Assembly: GCA_028277195.1 (NCBI GenBank)
Contig: JANQGS010000082.1
Coordinates: 1 to 35,341, forward strand
Length of the DNA stretch: 35,341 bases
Direction: 5' to 3'
Source of the DNA: Candidatus Gastranaerophilales bacterium
GTDB lineage: Bacteria; Cyanobacteriota; Vampirovibrionia; Gastranaerophilales; UBA9971
Shown: one piece after another, positions 16,339 through 25,092 of the stretch
Position numbering within the stretch: the first letter of the stretch is position 1
Layout of the letters: the number at the start of each line of letters is the position of its first letter
Program-made: the position numbers and the translations under genes
Notes under the pieces: generated by a model
Told to the model about the DNA's origin: nothing
Seen by the model: the letters and a program-made list of their open reading frames with translations, nothing else
Database searches by the model: none

Positions 16339-16473
16339 TTGTAATAAAAAAATCAGCTAATGCTTTGTTAATATTTATTGCAATTTTAGTTTTCTCAACA
16401 TAATTCCCTAAACTTTTAAAAAAAACGTTCGACCTTATATTAAGTAGAGCGTCTTTAAAGGAGTTTAGGCCTG

Positions 16474-16641
16474 ATGTTTCAAAATAATTTTAATTTTAAA
16501 AATGAAAAAGAACTTATATCCGATGAAATAAAAAGACTGGTGAGCCAGACCGGAAACCCCGGGCAGCGCCCGTCATCTGATGAATGTAATTACCTGACAA
16601 TCTGGAAGCAAAACCTGCTTAAATTATCAGGTAATAATTAA
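16474..16641 (+). CDS. Possible 55-aa mini-protein (below the ORF-track cutoff)
   Basis: ATG at 16474 with SD AAAGGAG 10 nt upstream. Translates to MFQNNFNFKNEKELISDEIKRLVSQTGNPGQRPSSDECNYLTIWKQNLLKLSGNN*. No family recognised. Confidence 0.3.
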   Translation: MFQNNFNFKNEKELISDEIKRLVSQTGNPGQRPSSDECNYLTIWKQNLLKLSGNN

Positions 16642-16648
16642 AATATTA

Positions 16649-16918
16649 TTACTTACGCAAGCCGAGTTTTTCAATTATTTTCCTGTATCTTTCAACATCT
16701 TTTTTCTTAAGATACCCTAAAAGCCTTTTTCTTTTCCCGACCATTATTAAAAGGCCGCGGCGTCCCTGAAAGTCTTTTTTATTAATTTTCAGGTGTTCTG
16801 TAAGCTCGGTTATTTTTTTTGTTAATAGAGCTATCTGAACTTCCGGGGAGCCGGTGTCCTTATCGCCTCTTTTATTTTCCTCAATGATTTCTTCTTTATT
16901 AGCAAGGTTTATCGGCAT
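16649..16918 (-). CDS. rpsO: 30S ribosomal protein S15
   Basis: 89 aa. Contains [24 protein letters not shown]...[27 protein letters not shown], the characteristic S15 sequence. SD GAGGA. Confidence 0.95.
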   Translation of the reverse strand: MPINLANKEEIIEENKRGDKDTGSPEVQIALLTKKITELTEHLKINKKDFQGRRGLLIMVGKRKRLLGYLKKKDVERYRKIIEKLGLRK

Positions 16919-16953
16919 TTCTTTTTCCTCATTTTTTCTTTCTGTTTAGGGTT

Positions 16954-16981
16954 ATAATATCATTTAAAGAAAATTGTTCAA
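16954..16981 (-). promoter_or_regulatory. Candidate rpsO promoter with extended -10
   Basis: On the minus strand: TTGAAC (16981-16976), a 16-nt spacer ending TGA, then TATTAT (16959-16954). On the plus strand the same AT block reads TATAAT (16953-16958), about 45 nt before the lipA ATG. The two divergent promoters may therefore overlap. Confidence 0.45.
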
Positions 16982-17002
16982 GCAGGATTGAGAATAAAAA
17001 TC

Positions 17003-17833
17003 ATGCCGATAAAAAGGTTGCCGCAATGGCTCAAAAAAGACATAATCAATACCGAAAAAACCGGACACGTAAGGAAAATATTGAAAAAAAACCGGCTCAA
17101 TACCGTATGCGACTGCGCAAGCTGCCCGAATAAAGGGGAATGCTACGCCAAAAACACAGCTACATTTATGATTCTGGGCAATACCTGTACGAGAAATTGC
17201 GGTTTCTGCGGCATAAACAGCTCAACCCCGGAGCATATAAACCCTGATGAACCTTTTTTAGTTGCAAAAGCCGTTAAGGAACTTAACCTAAAATATGCCG
17301 TGATTACCTCGGTGACAAGAGATGACCTTCCTGACGGGGGAGCGGGGCATTTTGCGCAGACAATAACGGAAATAAAAAAATCAGACCCAAAAATAAGGGT
17401 AGAAGTGCTTACCCCTGACTTCCGGGGTGATTTAAAGGCTATAGACAAAGTCCTTGAAGCCGGGCCGGACGTATTTAACCATAATATTGAAACCGTAAAA
17501 AGGTTATACCCTGTCGCAAGACCCCAGGCTGATTACCGGCGCTCGCTTGAATTCCTGGAATATATTGATATAACCGCTAAATCAGGTTTTATGACAGGGC
17601 TTGGAGAAACATATGAGGAAATAATTGAACTTTTATATGACCTGAAAGTTGCCGGGTGCGACATTGTTACTATCGGGCAGTATATCAGGCCGACAAAGGC
17701 AAGCCTGGAAGTTGAAAAATACTACACCCCCGGCGAGTTTGAGCGCTTAAGGACTGAGGCATTAAAAATAGGGATAAAGCACGCACTTGCCGCACCCCTG
17801 GTCAGGAGCTCCTACCGGGCCGGCGATTTTTAA
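17003..17833 (+). CDS. lipA: Lipoyl synthase
   Basis: Contains CDCASCPNKGEC (auxiliary cluster) and TCTRNCGFCGI (radical SAM CX3CX2C). I place the start at ATG 17003 (MPIKRLPQWLKK) rather than the TTG at 16988 in the ORF track. Confidence 0.95.
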   Translation: MPIKRLPQWLKKDIINTEKTGHVRKILKKNRLNTVCDCASCPNKGECYAKNTATFMILGNTCTRNCGFCGINSSTPEHINPDEPFLVAKAVKELNLKYAVITSVTRDDLPDGGAGHFAQTITEIKKSDPKIRVEVLTPDFRGDLKAIDKVLEAGPDVFNHNIETVKRLYPVARPQADYRRSLEFLEYIDITAKSGFMTGLGETYEEIIELLYDLKVAGCDIVTIGQYIRPTKASLEVEKYYTPGEFERLRTEALKIGIKHALAAPLVRSSYRAGDF

Positions 17834-17863
17834 AAATTTTATCAAAATTCTATTGAAAAATTT

Positions 17864-17880
17864 GGGCGGCGTAGCCGCCC
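17864..17880. terminator. GC hairpin GGGCGGC-GTA-GCCGCCC between convergent lipA and amidase genes
   Basis: 7-bp all-GC stem with a 3-nt loop. On the minus strand it is followed by AAATTTTTC (partial U tract). On the plus strand it is followed by ATTCC (poor U tract). It is more plausible as the terminator of the minus-strand amidase operon. Confidence 0.45.
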
Positions 17881-17888
17881 ATTCCACT

Positions 17889-17905
17889 GGGGACGGGTGG
17901 GTGGG
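17889..17905 (+). other. Canonical G-quadruplex motif GGGGACGGGTGGGTGGG
   Basis: Four G runs of at least 3 nt, separated by 1-2 nt loops, read directly. On the minus strand this is a C-rich, G-poor tract in the amidase 3' region. Confidence 0.5.
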
Positions 17906-17963
17906 TAATTTTGATAAAATTTTTTGCGAATAATAGCCTGAACTGTTACCGAAAATTATGCCA

Positions 17964-19766
17964 TTATAGCTGTTTCCTTCCGTCCTGTTCAGAATTTGTA
18001 TTTTTAGACTTTAAATAACTTAATATCCCGTCAGCTATGGACTTTGCGGTGGCTTCCCGCCTCTCTTCGGTCATAAGCTGGTATATTTCAACCTGGTTTG
18101 TCATATAACCTATTTCAGCAAGCACAGCAGGGATTTCAGTGTTTCTTATGACGTAAAACCTTGAATTTTTAAGCCCCCTGTCGGGCGTTACAAGCATATT
18201 AACCATCCGGTCCTGCACATGCATTGCCAGGGGCCTGCTCTGAGTTGTGTACCAGTGGGTTTCTATGCCTTTTATATCAGGGTTGTTTGAAGCATTGGCA
18301 TGTATGCTGAGGAAAACATCCGGGTTTTCCCTGTTTGCGAGCTCAACTCTGTCCTTTAGCGATACGGTCCTATCCGTTTCCCTTGTCATAATCACATAAA
18401 AGCCCATCTCCTGAAGGTATTTTTTTACCCTTTTTGATACATCGAGCACAATATCCTTTTCATAAATACCATTACTCTCAGCCCCGGGGTCATAACCTCC
18501 ATGCCCCGGGTCAATAATGACTTTAGCCTTAACAGGGCCTGCCCCTGCAATCGGTATCGGCAGGTTATCCGTCAGGGTAAGTTTAAGCATCCTCCCATCA
18601 AGGCTCAGCTTTGATTCTACGGTTGTTGAACGGTTTAAGGATATGCTCCAGGCTGTGTTTTCAACTTCAATGCCATGAAATTGCGGGGTTTTTTCAAGGG
18701 ACCGGAGCGTTTCAACAGAAGGGGCTTTAAGGTTATAAAGGTTTAAGCGCAGTTTGTCGGGGGCATAAAAGCGTTCAATGCCGTGTATTATGGGTTTTTT
18801 TGATATTACCGTTAATTTTGTTACGGCGTCAGAGTCTTTAATAACTTTTATATCCTGGACTTCGGCTTTTATATTGCTGTCAGGGAATTCCGCAAAGGAA
18901 ATCTCGCTCCCGGGAGAAATTACAATGGACTGCAAGTCGGGAGAAACAGCGTGTGTATATTGTTGCGGCGCGGCACTTTCTATTACGACGCGCGCTGTTT
19001 TGGCGTCAAATTGGGCTATCCTGGCATTATCACCGTTCTTAAGCGCAAAAGTCCCTATCAACCCTGAGGAATCAAGAACCGCATCAGCTATATCAAAAAT
19101 TACCCTGTCGGGCGAATCGAGCACAAAAGGCTCGCTAACGGAAATTATTCCCGTGCCTGAGAGCACTATGCGGTTATCGTATTTTTTAACGGTTTTTATG
19201 ATTATGTTATTTTGTATTTTTTCCTTAATTTTCCTTAAAATTGCTTCTTTATCGTCGGATTCGGACTTTTCTATTGTTATTTCTTGGGTGGGGGCGGTAT
19301 TTTTTTTATTTCTGTCCCTGTAAATCGAGGGGTTAAGCCTTTCGGCCAGTTCAATTTTTTCAAACTCAAAAATAACACCGCTTTTACAGGGGGTTATTCT
19401 TATTTTATCCAGTATGTCCGGGGTTTTTGCCGTAATAACAATCCTCACCATGTCCGGGGCAGTGGAGAATTGCGCTATTCTTATATCCTCGGCTAAATTT
19501 TTATTATTGAGGGATATTGATTTTTTCCCGTTTTCATCCTGAAGAACGGCATTTTCTATATCCACGACCATTCGCTCGGGCTCTGAGAGTCTTGCGGTTT
19601 TATAATTAATTCCGGGGCGTTGTTTTTGCCCGCTGACAAACAGGAGTTTCCCGGCGCTGTCAGGGATAACCCGCCTGATTAAAAAAGGGCCTGCTGTCTC
19701 TTCTGCCTTTATTACTGACGAAAAAACAAATAAAGCTAAAATTAAAGCCGTCAGGATAACGTTCAT
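17964..19766 (-). CDS. amiC: N-acetylmuramoyl-L-alanine amidase (AmiC-like, N-terminal AMIN domains)
   Basis: 600 aa with a signal-anchor (ILTALILALFVFSSVIKA). It has repeated AMIN-like modules (ERMVVDIENAVL, DRVIFDIADAVL). The C-terminal Amidase_3 domain reads VIIDPGHGGYDPGA...FLSIHANA...AVLAEIGYMTN. Confidence 0.9.
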   Translation of the reverse strand: MNVILTALILALFVFSSVIKAEETAGPFLIRRVIPDSAGKLLFVSGQKQRPGINYKTARLSEPERMVVDIENAVLQDENGKKSISLNNKNLAEDIRIAQFSTAPDMVRIVITAKTPDILDKIRITPCKSGVIFEFEKIELAERLNPSIYRDRNKKNTAPTQEITIEKSESDDKEAILRKIKEKIQNNIIIKTVKKYDNRIVLSGTGIISVSEPFVLDSPDRVIFDIADAVLDSSGLIGTFALKNGDNARIAQFDAKTARVVIESAAPQQYTHAVSPDLQSIVISPGSEISFAEFPDSNIKAEVQDIKVIKDSDAVTKLTVISKKPIIHGIERFYAPDKLRLNLYNLKAPSVETLRSLEKTPQFHGIEVENTAWSISLNRSTTVESKLSLDGRMLKLTLTDNLPIPIAGAGPVKAKVIIDPGHGGYDPGAESNGIYEKDIVLDVSKRVKKYLQEMGFYVIMTRETDRTVSLKDRVELANRENPDVFLSIHANASNNPDIKGIETHWYTTQSRPLAMHVQDRMVNMLVTPDRGLKNSRFYVIRNTEIPAVLAEIGYMTNQVEIYQLMTEERREATAKSIADGILSYLKSKNTNSEQDGRKQL

Positions 19767-19775
19767 AATTATTTA

Positions 19776-20222
19776 TTAGAAGTTAATTGTATCTTTTTTA
19801 AGTTTTATAAACACACCCGGCATGATTGACTTAAAACTTTCGACTTCTTTTTTGAGCCTGTAGTTTTCACGGGTCAGGTTGTCTATCTTGCCCTTAAGCC
19901 TTTCATTTTCGGTTTTGCAGCTTATTAACTCAACTATTGCGTCGTCAAGTTTCTCGAGTCTTTTCTCAAAAGTTGCCGAGATTTCCTCAACAATGTAATT
20001 TCTTGCGTTAATAACCTCATTCATAAGGGTGGCAACTTTTGAACCGGAAGTTGAATGAGTAACGGGGTTTGTTTTATTGAGAGCCGCCTGTTCGGCAATT
20101 ACAGGTTTTTCAAGGTTTAGCTGCGATTTTTCCCTGGAAGTGACGCTAAATTTACCCATATTTTTGTACTGGTTTCTGGCCAATGCTTTTTTTGTGTTGC
20201 ATTTCGCTTGTGTTTCGCTCAA
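19776..20222 (-). CDS. Hypothetical coiled-coil protein
   Basis: 148 aa with a TTG start (SD-like AAGGG 8 nt upstream). The C-terminal half has heptad-like sequence (LEKLDDAIVELISCKTENERLKGKIDNLTRENYRLKKEVESFK). It ends 9 nt upstream of the amidase start. Confidence 0.55.
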   Translation of the reverse strand: MSETQAKCNTKKALARNQYKNMGKFSVTSREKSQLNLEKPVIAEQAALNKTNPVTHSTSGSKVATLMNEVINARNYIVEEISATFEKRLEKLDDAIVELISCKTENERLKGKIDNLTRENYRLKKEVESFKSIMPGVFIKLKKDTINF

Positions 20223-20302
20223 GATTCAGACCCTTTCTTTCTCCTCAACATATATGTGTAGTATCTTAGATAATAACATATTAATAGCCAAACACAAAAT
20301 AT

Positions 20303-21454
20303 TTACACTTTGCCCTGAGTGCCGTGGAATACGCCTTGGAGCATTTGTTTCATTTCATTGGGATTATTGGAAATTTCCACTGCCGTTTCGGGATTAATCA
20401 GGTTAGCCTTTACCAGCTTGTACATGGACAAGTTCATGCTTATCATGCCGCTTGTCCCGCCTTCATTAAGAAGCTCGTATATTTTTTCCACTTCATTTTT
20501 AATGATATAATCCCTGGCAGCGGGTGTTACAACCAGGACTTCCGTGGCGGGGACCCTGCCTTTTGAGTCTTTTCTCTTCAATAGCCTTTGCGCGATTGTT
20601 CCCCTTAGAATACAGGCGAGCTGGTTTCTTATTGCTTCTCTTTCATGGGGCTCAAAGGAGTTAATTATCCTGTTTATTGTTTGTACGGCATCGGTTGTAT
20701 GCAGCGTGGAGAAAACCAGGTGCCCGGTTTCTGCGGCTTTTAGCGCGCTGAGGATAGTTTCCCTGTCCCTCATTTCACCTATAAGCAAAATATCAGGGTC
20801 TTGCCTGAGGGCATATTTTATGGCGTTGGGGAAGCTGTCAGCATCACTGCCGAGCTGCCTCTGGGAGAAAACGGATTTTTTATTCCTGTGGACAAATTCA
20901 ATAGGGTCTTCCAGGGTCAGCACGTGTTTGGGATAGGAGTTATTCAGGTAATCCAGGATGGTTGCCAGTGTTGTGGACTTACCGCTGCCGGTTGGGCCTG
21001 TTACCAGTACGAGCCCGTTATTATAATTTAAAAAATTACGCAGGGTTGGAGGGAGGTAAAGTTCCTCAATAGAGGGTATGTCTATGGGGACTACCCTCAT
21101 AACCAGTCCCGGCCTTCCGTAATCCTTGAAGAAATTAACCCTGAATCTTGCTATATCAGGCATTTCAATAGAAAAATCAAAGTCATAATTTGTTTTTATT
21201 TTATGCTGGAGCTTTGACGGTACGATAATGCCCAGAATAGTCTCCATTGTCTGTTCGGAAATAACATCATACTTGGTTTTCATGATAACCCCGTCTTTCC
21301 TCACAACAGGAGCGGAATTAACCCTGAGGTGTATATCTGAAACTCCCTGTTTTACAGCGAGCTTTAAAAAAGTTTCAATTTCAAATTTTAATTCAGTGCC
21401 GTTTTGTTCCTGGGTCATATGTTCTGAAAGATTTTGAAAATGTTCCTGGGTCAT
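20303..21454 (-). CDS. pilT: Type IV pilus retraction ATPase PilT
   Basis: 383 aa. Contains Walker A GPTGSGKSTTLA, the Asp box LEDPIEF, Walker B DPDILLIGEMRD and the His box GHLVFSTLHT. An alternative start lies at the second MTQE (ATG 21418). Confidence 0.9.
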   Translation of the reverse strand: MTQEHFQNLSEHMTQEQNGTELKFEIETFLKLAVKQGVSDIHLRVNSAPVVRKDGVIMKTKYDVISEQTMETILGIIVPSKLQHKIKTNYDFDFSIEMPDIARFRVNFFKDYGRPGLVMRVVPIDIPSIEELYLPPTLRNFLNYNNGLVLVTGPTGSGKSTTLATILDYLNNSYPKHVLTLEDPIEFVHRNKKSVFSQRQLGSDADSFPNAIKYALRQDPDILLIGEMRDRETILSALKAAETGHLVFSTLHTTDAVQTINRIINSFEPHEREAIRNQLACILRGTIAQRLLKRKDSKGRVPATEVLVVTPAARDYIIKNEVEKIYELLNEGGTSGMISMNLSMYKLVKANLINPETAVEISNNPNEMKQMLQGVFHGTQGKV

Positions 21455-21456
21455 AT
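21405..21456. repeat. 16-nt perfect direct repeat duplicating the pilT start region
   Basis: tgttcctgggtcatat occurs at 21405-21420 and again at 21441-21456. On the coding strand this is ATATGACCCAGGAACA twice, giving MTQEH... and MTQEQ... 12 codons apart. Confidence 0.8.
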
Positions 21457-21556
21457 TTTTACTCCGATAATTTTTTCAACAACTAAATATAAATATTTTA
21501 TATTATATTTTCAGTTTTAGGCAATTTTTTTAGAAAGATATTTTTTTAAACCCCTT

Positions 21557-21718
21557 TTAAAACCTTCTGACGCAGGACCATATACCCCCTATGAGCCCCA
21601 GGATTGAAAAAATTAGGGTAAATACCGGGACTTCCAGCTCAAAAAATCCGTCAATTAAACGTCCTGCAAAAAAACCCGCAATAATAGAAAAAAGTAACTT
21701 AAACGGTATATCTAGCAT
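21557..21718 (-). CDS. Small membrane protein, AtpZ/AtpI-like (putative F0F1-ATPase-associated family)
   Basis: MLDIPFKLLFSIIAGFFAGRLIDGFFELEVPVFTLIFSILGLIGGIWSCV forms two hydrophobic helices with the G-x-x-(L/I)D pattern I associate with AtpZ-like proteins. I prefer the ATG at 21718, which overlaps the ggt stop by 7 nt. The ORF track starts at 21742. Confidence 0.5.
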   Translation of the reverse strand: MLDIPFKLLFSIIAGFFAGRLIDGFFELEVPVFTLIFSILGLIGGIWSCVRRF

Positions 21719-23262
21719 TCTACAACCCTGCTTTTCCCGCACCTGCGCGGGTCAGAAGCCGCCTGGAGCATGCCCCTGTCAAGCCTGGCAAGCTGTACCC
21801 CGCCAAAGTACATGTCAATATCGTCAAACTTGACTATTTCCCACTCCTCCGGCACACCGCTTTCGTCAATACCAAGCCTTGACTCAACAACCAGCTTGTT
21901 ATCCTCCCAGTGAACCCTCGGCATTTTCAACGCGTCATTGATTGAGAGGTTAAGGTCAGATATGTTAATAATTGTTTGCATAATCGCAGAGGTAATCCTT
22001 GAAGCTCCGGGAGTGCCTATTACCAGTATATCCTGCTCTTTTTCCCCAACCCCTATTGTAGGAGACATGCCGCTTACCAGCCTCATTCCGGGCTCGAGCG
22101 CATGAAACCCGAAAGGATTGAGCTCAAGCTCTCCCAGCGTGTTGCCAAAGCATATACCCTTCCCGGGCGCCGCAACTCCCGAGCCATAACCCATGCTCAT
22201 AGTTATACTGCAGGCGTTGCCCAGCTCGTCAGTGCAGGAAATCTGCGTTGTATTGGGGCTTGCTGTTATGTCAGCGTATTTTTCAAGTATATAGTCATCT
22301 TCAACCAGTTTATACAGGTCATTAAAATTTTTATTGCCTTTTTTAAACAGGGAATACCTGTCATTCAGGCCAGTGTGGATTATCCTGCCGATTTTTGCCA
22401 CAGTTCCAGGGTCATAGCCCGTAAAATCAAGATGCGATAGTGCTTTTAACATTTGCACAAGGGTAATGCCTCCCACTGATGGAGGGGGATTTGTGTAAAT
22501 ATTATATTTTCCGTATTTTGTGCTTAACGCGGTTCTTTCTATGACTTTATAATTTCTTAAATCGTCAATGGTGAGCAAACCGCCGCCCTGCCTTATAAAA
22601 TCGGATATTTCCCTTCCGATTTCACCCCCGTATATTATATCCGTTCCTTTTTCGGCAATAATTTCAAAAGTATTTGCAAGGTCGGGATTTTTTATACAAT
22701 AGCCCTCCGCGGGAATTTTCCCGTCCTTTGTGGAGAGTAATTTTTTTGAATAATCAGTGAACCAGTGGATTTTTTCTGCGGAAATCGACAACCAGTAAGC
22801 AATTGTGGCATTTAAAGGCACTCCCTCGCGCGCATGTCGGATAGCCGGGGCCAGGACCTCTTTCATCGGCAGGTTCCCGAATTTTTTCAGGATAAGCTCA
22901 AGCCCTTTTGACGTTCCCGGTACCCCGACTGAGGAAAACCCTGTTATAACATCTATACCGATACCATAGGGAACGTGGGCTTTTCTCGGGTTTTTCCCGA
23001 ACTCGCTCCTTGGCAGGCCCATACCCGGCATTGCATCGAAAAAATCAAACACAACCGGCTCTTGTCCCGGCACTTTTAGTGTTGCAAACCCTCCTCCCCC
23101 CACGCTGCACATGAGTATATTGGATACCATAAGGTCAAATGCGCCTGCTACCGCCGCATCAATCGCATTACCGCCCGCGCGCCCGACTTTTGCGGCTGCG
23201 TCTGTTGCGTGGGGGCTGCAGCTTGCTATCGCTATTTTTGAAGGAACAGCTTTTTTACTCAT
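21712..23262 (-). CDS. ggt: Gamma-glutamyltransferase
   Basis: 516 aa. Contains GGNAIDAAVA, a catalytic Thr region (NTTQISCTDELGNACSITMSMG) and a C-terminal GGVQ...AASDPRR. Confidence 0.9.
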   Translation of the reverse strand: MSKKAVPSKIAIASCSPHATDAAAKVGRAGGNAIDAAVAGAFDLMVSNILMCSVGGGGFATLKVPGQEPVVFDFFDAMPGMGLPRSEFGKNPRKAHVPYGIGIDVITGFSSVGVPGTSKGLELILKKFGNLPMKEVLAPAIRHAREGVPLNATIAYWLSISAEKIHWFTDYSKKLLSTKDGKIPAEGYCIKNPDLANTFEIIAEKGTDIIYGGEIGREISDFIRQGGGLLTIDDLRNYKVIERTALSTKYGKYNIYTNPPPSVGGITLVQMLKALSHLDFTGYDPGTVAKIGRIIHTGLNDRYSLFKKGNKNFNDLYKLVEDDYILEKYADITASPNTTQISCTDELGNACSITMSMGYGSGVAAPGKGICFGNTLGELELNPFGFHALEPGMRLVSGMSPTIGVGEKEQDILVIGTPGASRITSAIMQTIINISDLNLSINDALKMPRVHWEDNKLVVESRLGIDESGVPEEWEIVKFDDIDMYFGGVQLARLDRGMLQAASDPRRCGKSRVVEC

Positions 23263-23311
23263 TTAGTTTATAATGTAACAAATCAGGCTTAAAAAGTAAA
23301 AGGTAATAAAC

Positions 23312-24037
23312 ATGAAAAGTATAAAAATGGTTGCCAACGCCGGGAGGGCTTCGATTACCCTTTCAAAACCGCCTCTTAATATTTTTGACGCAGATGACCT
23401 CGTTGAGTTGGCGGGGGTTTTTAAAAGACTTAAAAATGAGCAGTCCATCGGGATAATAACCATAGAATCCGACCAGAGGGTATTTTCAGCGGGGGTAGAC
23501 ATTGCCGGGCACTCGCGGGAAAAGGTAAAAGAAATGCTGGAGACTTTTCATGACGTATTTTTTGCAATGCTTGAGCTAAGGACCCCGACCATAAGCCTTG
23601 TAAAGTCCGGCTGCATCGGCGGAGGGTGTGAGCTGGCACTTTTTGGCGACTTTGTGCTTGCGTCGGAGGCCGCTTATTTCTCACAGCCGGAAATAAAGCT
23701 GGGTTGCTTTCCTCCTTTATCCGCGGTTTATTTTCCTTTTATAACGGGGCATAAAAACGCCCTTGAGATAATGTTAACCGGGGATAAGGTTTTTGCGGGG
23801 GATGCTCACAGGCTTGGCCTGGTGAACAGGGTGTTTCCGGGGGAAGAATTCGATACCGGAGCAGAAAAATTTATTGGTGCAATATTATCCAACCCCGCAA
23901 ACGCTGTAAAGACTGCTTTAGGAGCATATAAACGGTTGAATTATCCCGGTTTAAGGGAAAAAATAAAACTTTCCGAAAAAATATACCTTGAAGAGGTTGA
24001 GCATGATACGATTAGTTTGAAAAATTTAAAAAAGTAG
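23312..24037 (+). CDS. Enoyl-CoA hydratase/isomerase (crotonase) family protein
   Basis: 241 aa. Contains VFSAGVDI and GGGCELALFGD, the oxyanion-hole motifs. Confidence 0.85.
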   Translation: MKSIKMVANAGRASITLSKPPLNIFDADDLVELAGVFKRLKNEQSIGIITIESDQRVFSAGVDIAGHSREKVKEMLETFHDVFFAMLELRTPTISLVKSGCIGGGCELALFGDFVLASEAAYFSQPEIKLGCFPPLSAVYFPFITGHKNALEIMLTGDKVFAGDAHRLGLVNRVFPGEEFDTGAEKFIGAILSNPANAVKTALGAYKRLNYPGLREKIKLSEKIYLEEVEHDTISLKNLKK

Positions 24038-24049
24038 GAGAAATTAATT

Positions 24050-25084
24050 ATGGAAAAATTTGACGAGCTTAAGGTTTATTACGACAAAGATATTAATGAA
24101 GAGCCGATAATGAATAAAAACGTTGCCATCCTCGGATTTGGCAGCCAGGGCCATGCCCACGCCCGGAACCTTCATGAATCAGGCGTAAAAGTTAAAGTAG
24201 GACTGCGCCGGGGTTCAAAATCAGCGGAAAGGGTGAAAAAAGCGGGCATTGACTGCGTTTCATTTGAAGAAGCCGTACGGTGGGCTGATGTGATTATGAT
24301 ATTGCTCCCTGATACAATCCACGGGGAAATCTACGAAAACCAGATAGCCCCGAACCTTAAACAGGGTTCTTACCTGGGTTTTGGCCATGGTTTCAGCATA
24401 CATTACGGGGAGATAGTGCCCCCGGAAGGTGTAAATACATTCATAGTAGCGCCTAAAGGCCCGGGACACCTCGTAAGGTCAGAGTACACAAAGGGCAGGG
24501 GGGTGCCTTCACTGGTAGCGGTAGGCCAAAACCCCTCAGGTGATACTTTTAACGTTGCTTTAGCCTATGCAAAAGCTAATGGGGGAGGAAAAGCCGGTAT
24601 TATTGAGACCAATTTCAAGGATGAAACCGAGACTGACCTTTTTGGGGAGCAGGCTGTTCTTTGCGGGGGTACGACAGCGCTTATTAAGGCAGGATTTGAA
24701 ACCCTTACGGAAGCGGGATACCCGCCGCAAATGGCATATTTTGAGTGCCTGCACGAGCTTAAGCTCATTGTTGACCTGATTTACTACGGCGGAATACAGG
24801 ATATGCGCTATTCAATCAGCGACACCGCCAAATACGGCGATGTTACACGCGGGCCGAGGGTAATTACCGCAAAGGTTAAGGAAGAAATGAAAAAAATCCT
24901 TGAGGAAATCCGGAGCGGCGAATTCGCAAGGGAGTGGATTGAGGAGAACAGGCAGGGCCAGCCTAATCTTAAAAAACTTATTGAGGCCGATAAAAATCAT
25001 GAAATTGAGCAAATCGGCACTAAACTCCGCGGCATGATGAGCTGGATTAAGGAAGAGCAGCTTATTTGCGCTGACGAGAGGTAA
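24050..25084 (+). CDS. ilvC: Ketol-acid reductoisomerase
   Basis: 344 aa. Contains ILGFGSQGHAHARNL (NADP site) and LFGEQAVLCGG. SD AGGAG. Confidence 0.95.
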   Translation: MEKFDELKVYYDKDINEEPIMNKNVAILGFGSQGHAHARNLHESGVKVKVGLRRGSKSAERVKKAGIDCVSFEEAVRWADVIMILLPDTIHGEIYENQIAPNLKQGSYLGFGHGFSIHYGEIVPPEGVNTFIVAPKGPGHLVRSEYTKGRGVPSLVAVGQNPSGDTFNVALAYAKANGGGKAGIIETNFKDETETDLFGEQAVLCGGTTALIKAGFETLTEAGYPPQMAYFECLHELKLIVDLIYYGGIQDMRYSISDTAKYGDVTRGPRVITAKVKEEMKKILEEIRSGEFAREWIEENRQGQPNLKKLIEADKNHEIEQIGTKLRGMMSWIKEEQLICADER

Positions 25085-25092
25085 ACCCGGGA

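Larger units (their letters stand above)
17832..17924. repeat. Perfect 18-bp inverted repeat (AAAAATTTTATCAAAATT / AATTTTGATAAAATTTTT) enclosing a 57-nt core
   Basis: Arms are at 17832-17849 and 17907-17924. The left arm starts inside the lipA stop codon (TAA 17831-17833). Confidence 0.7.
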
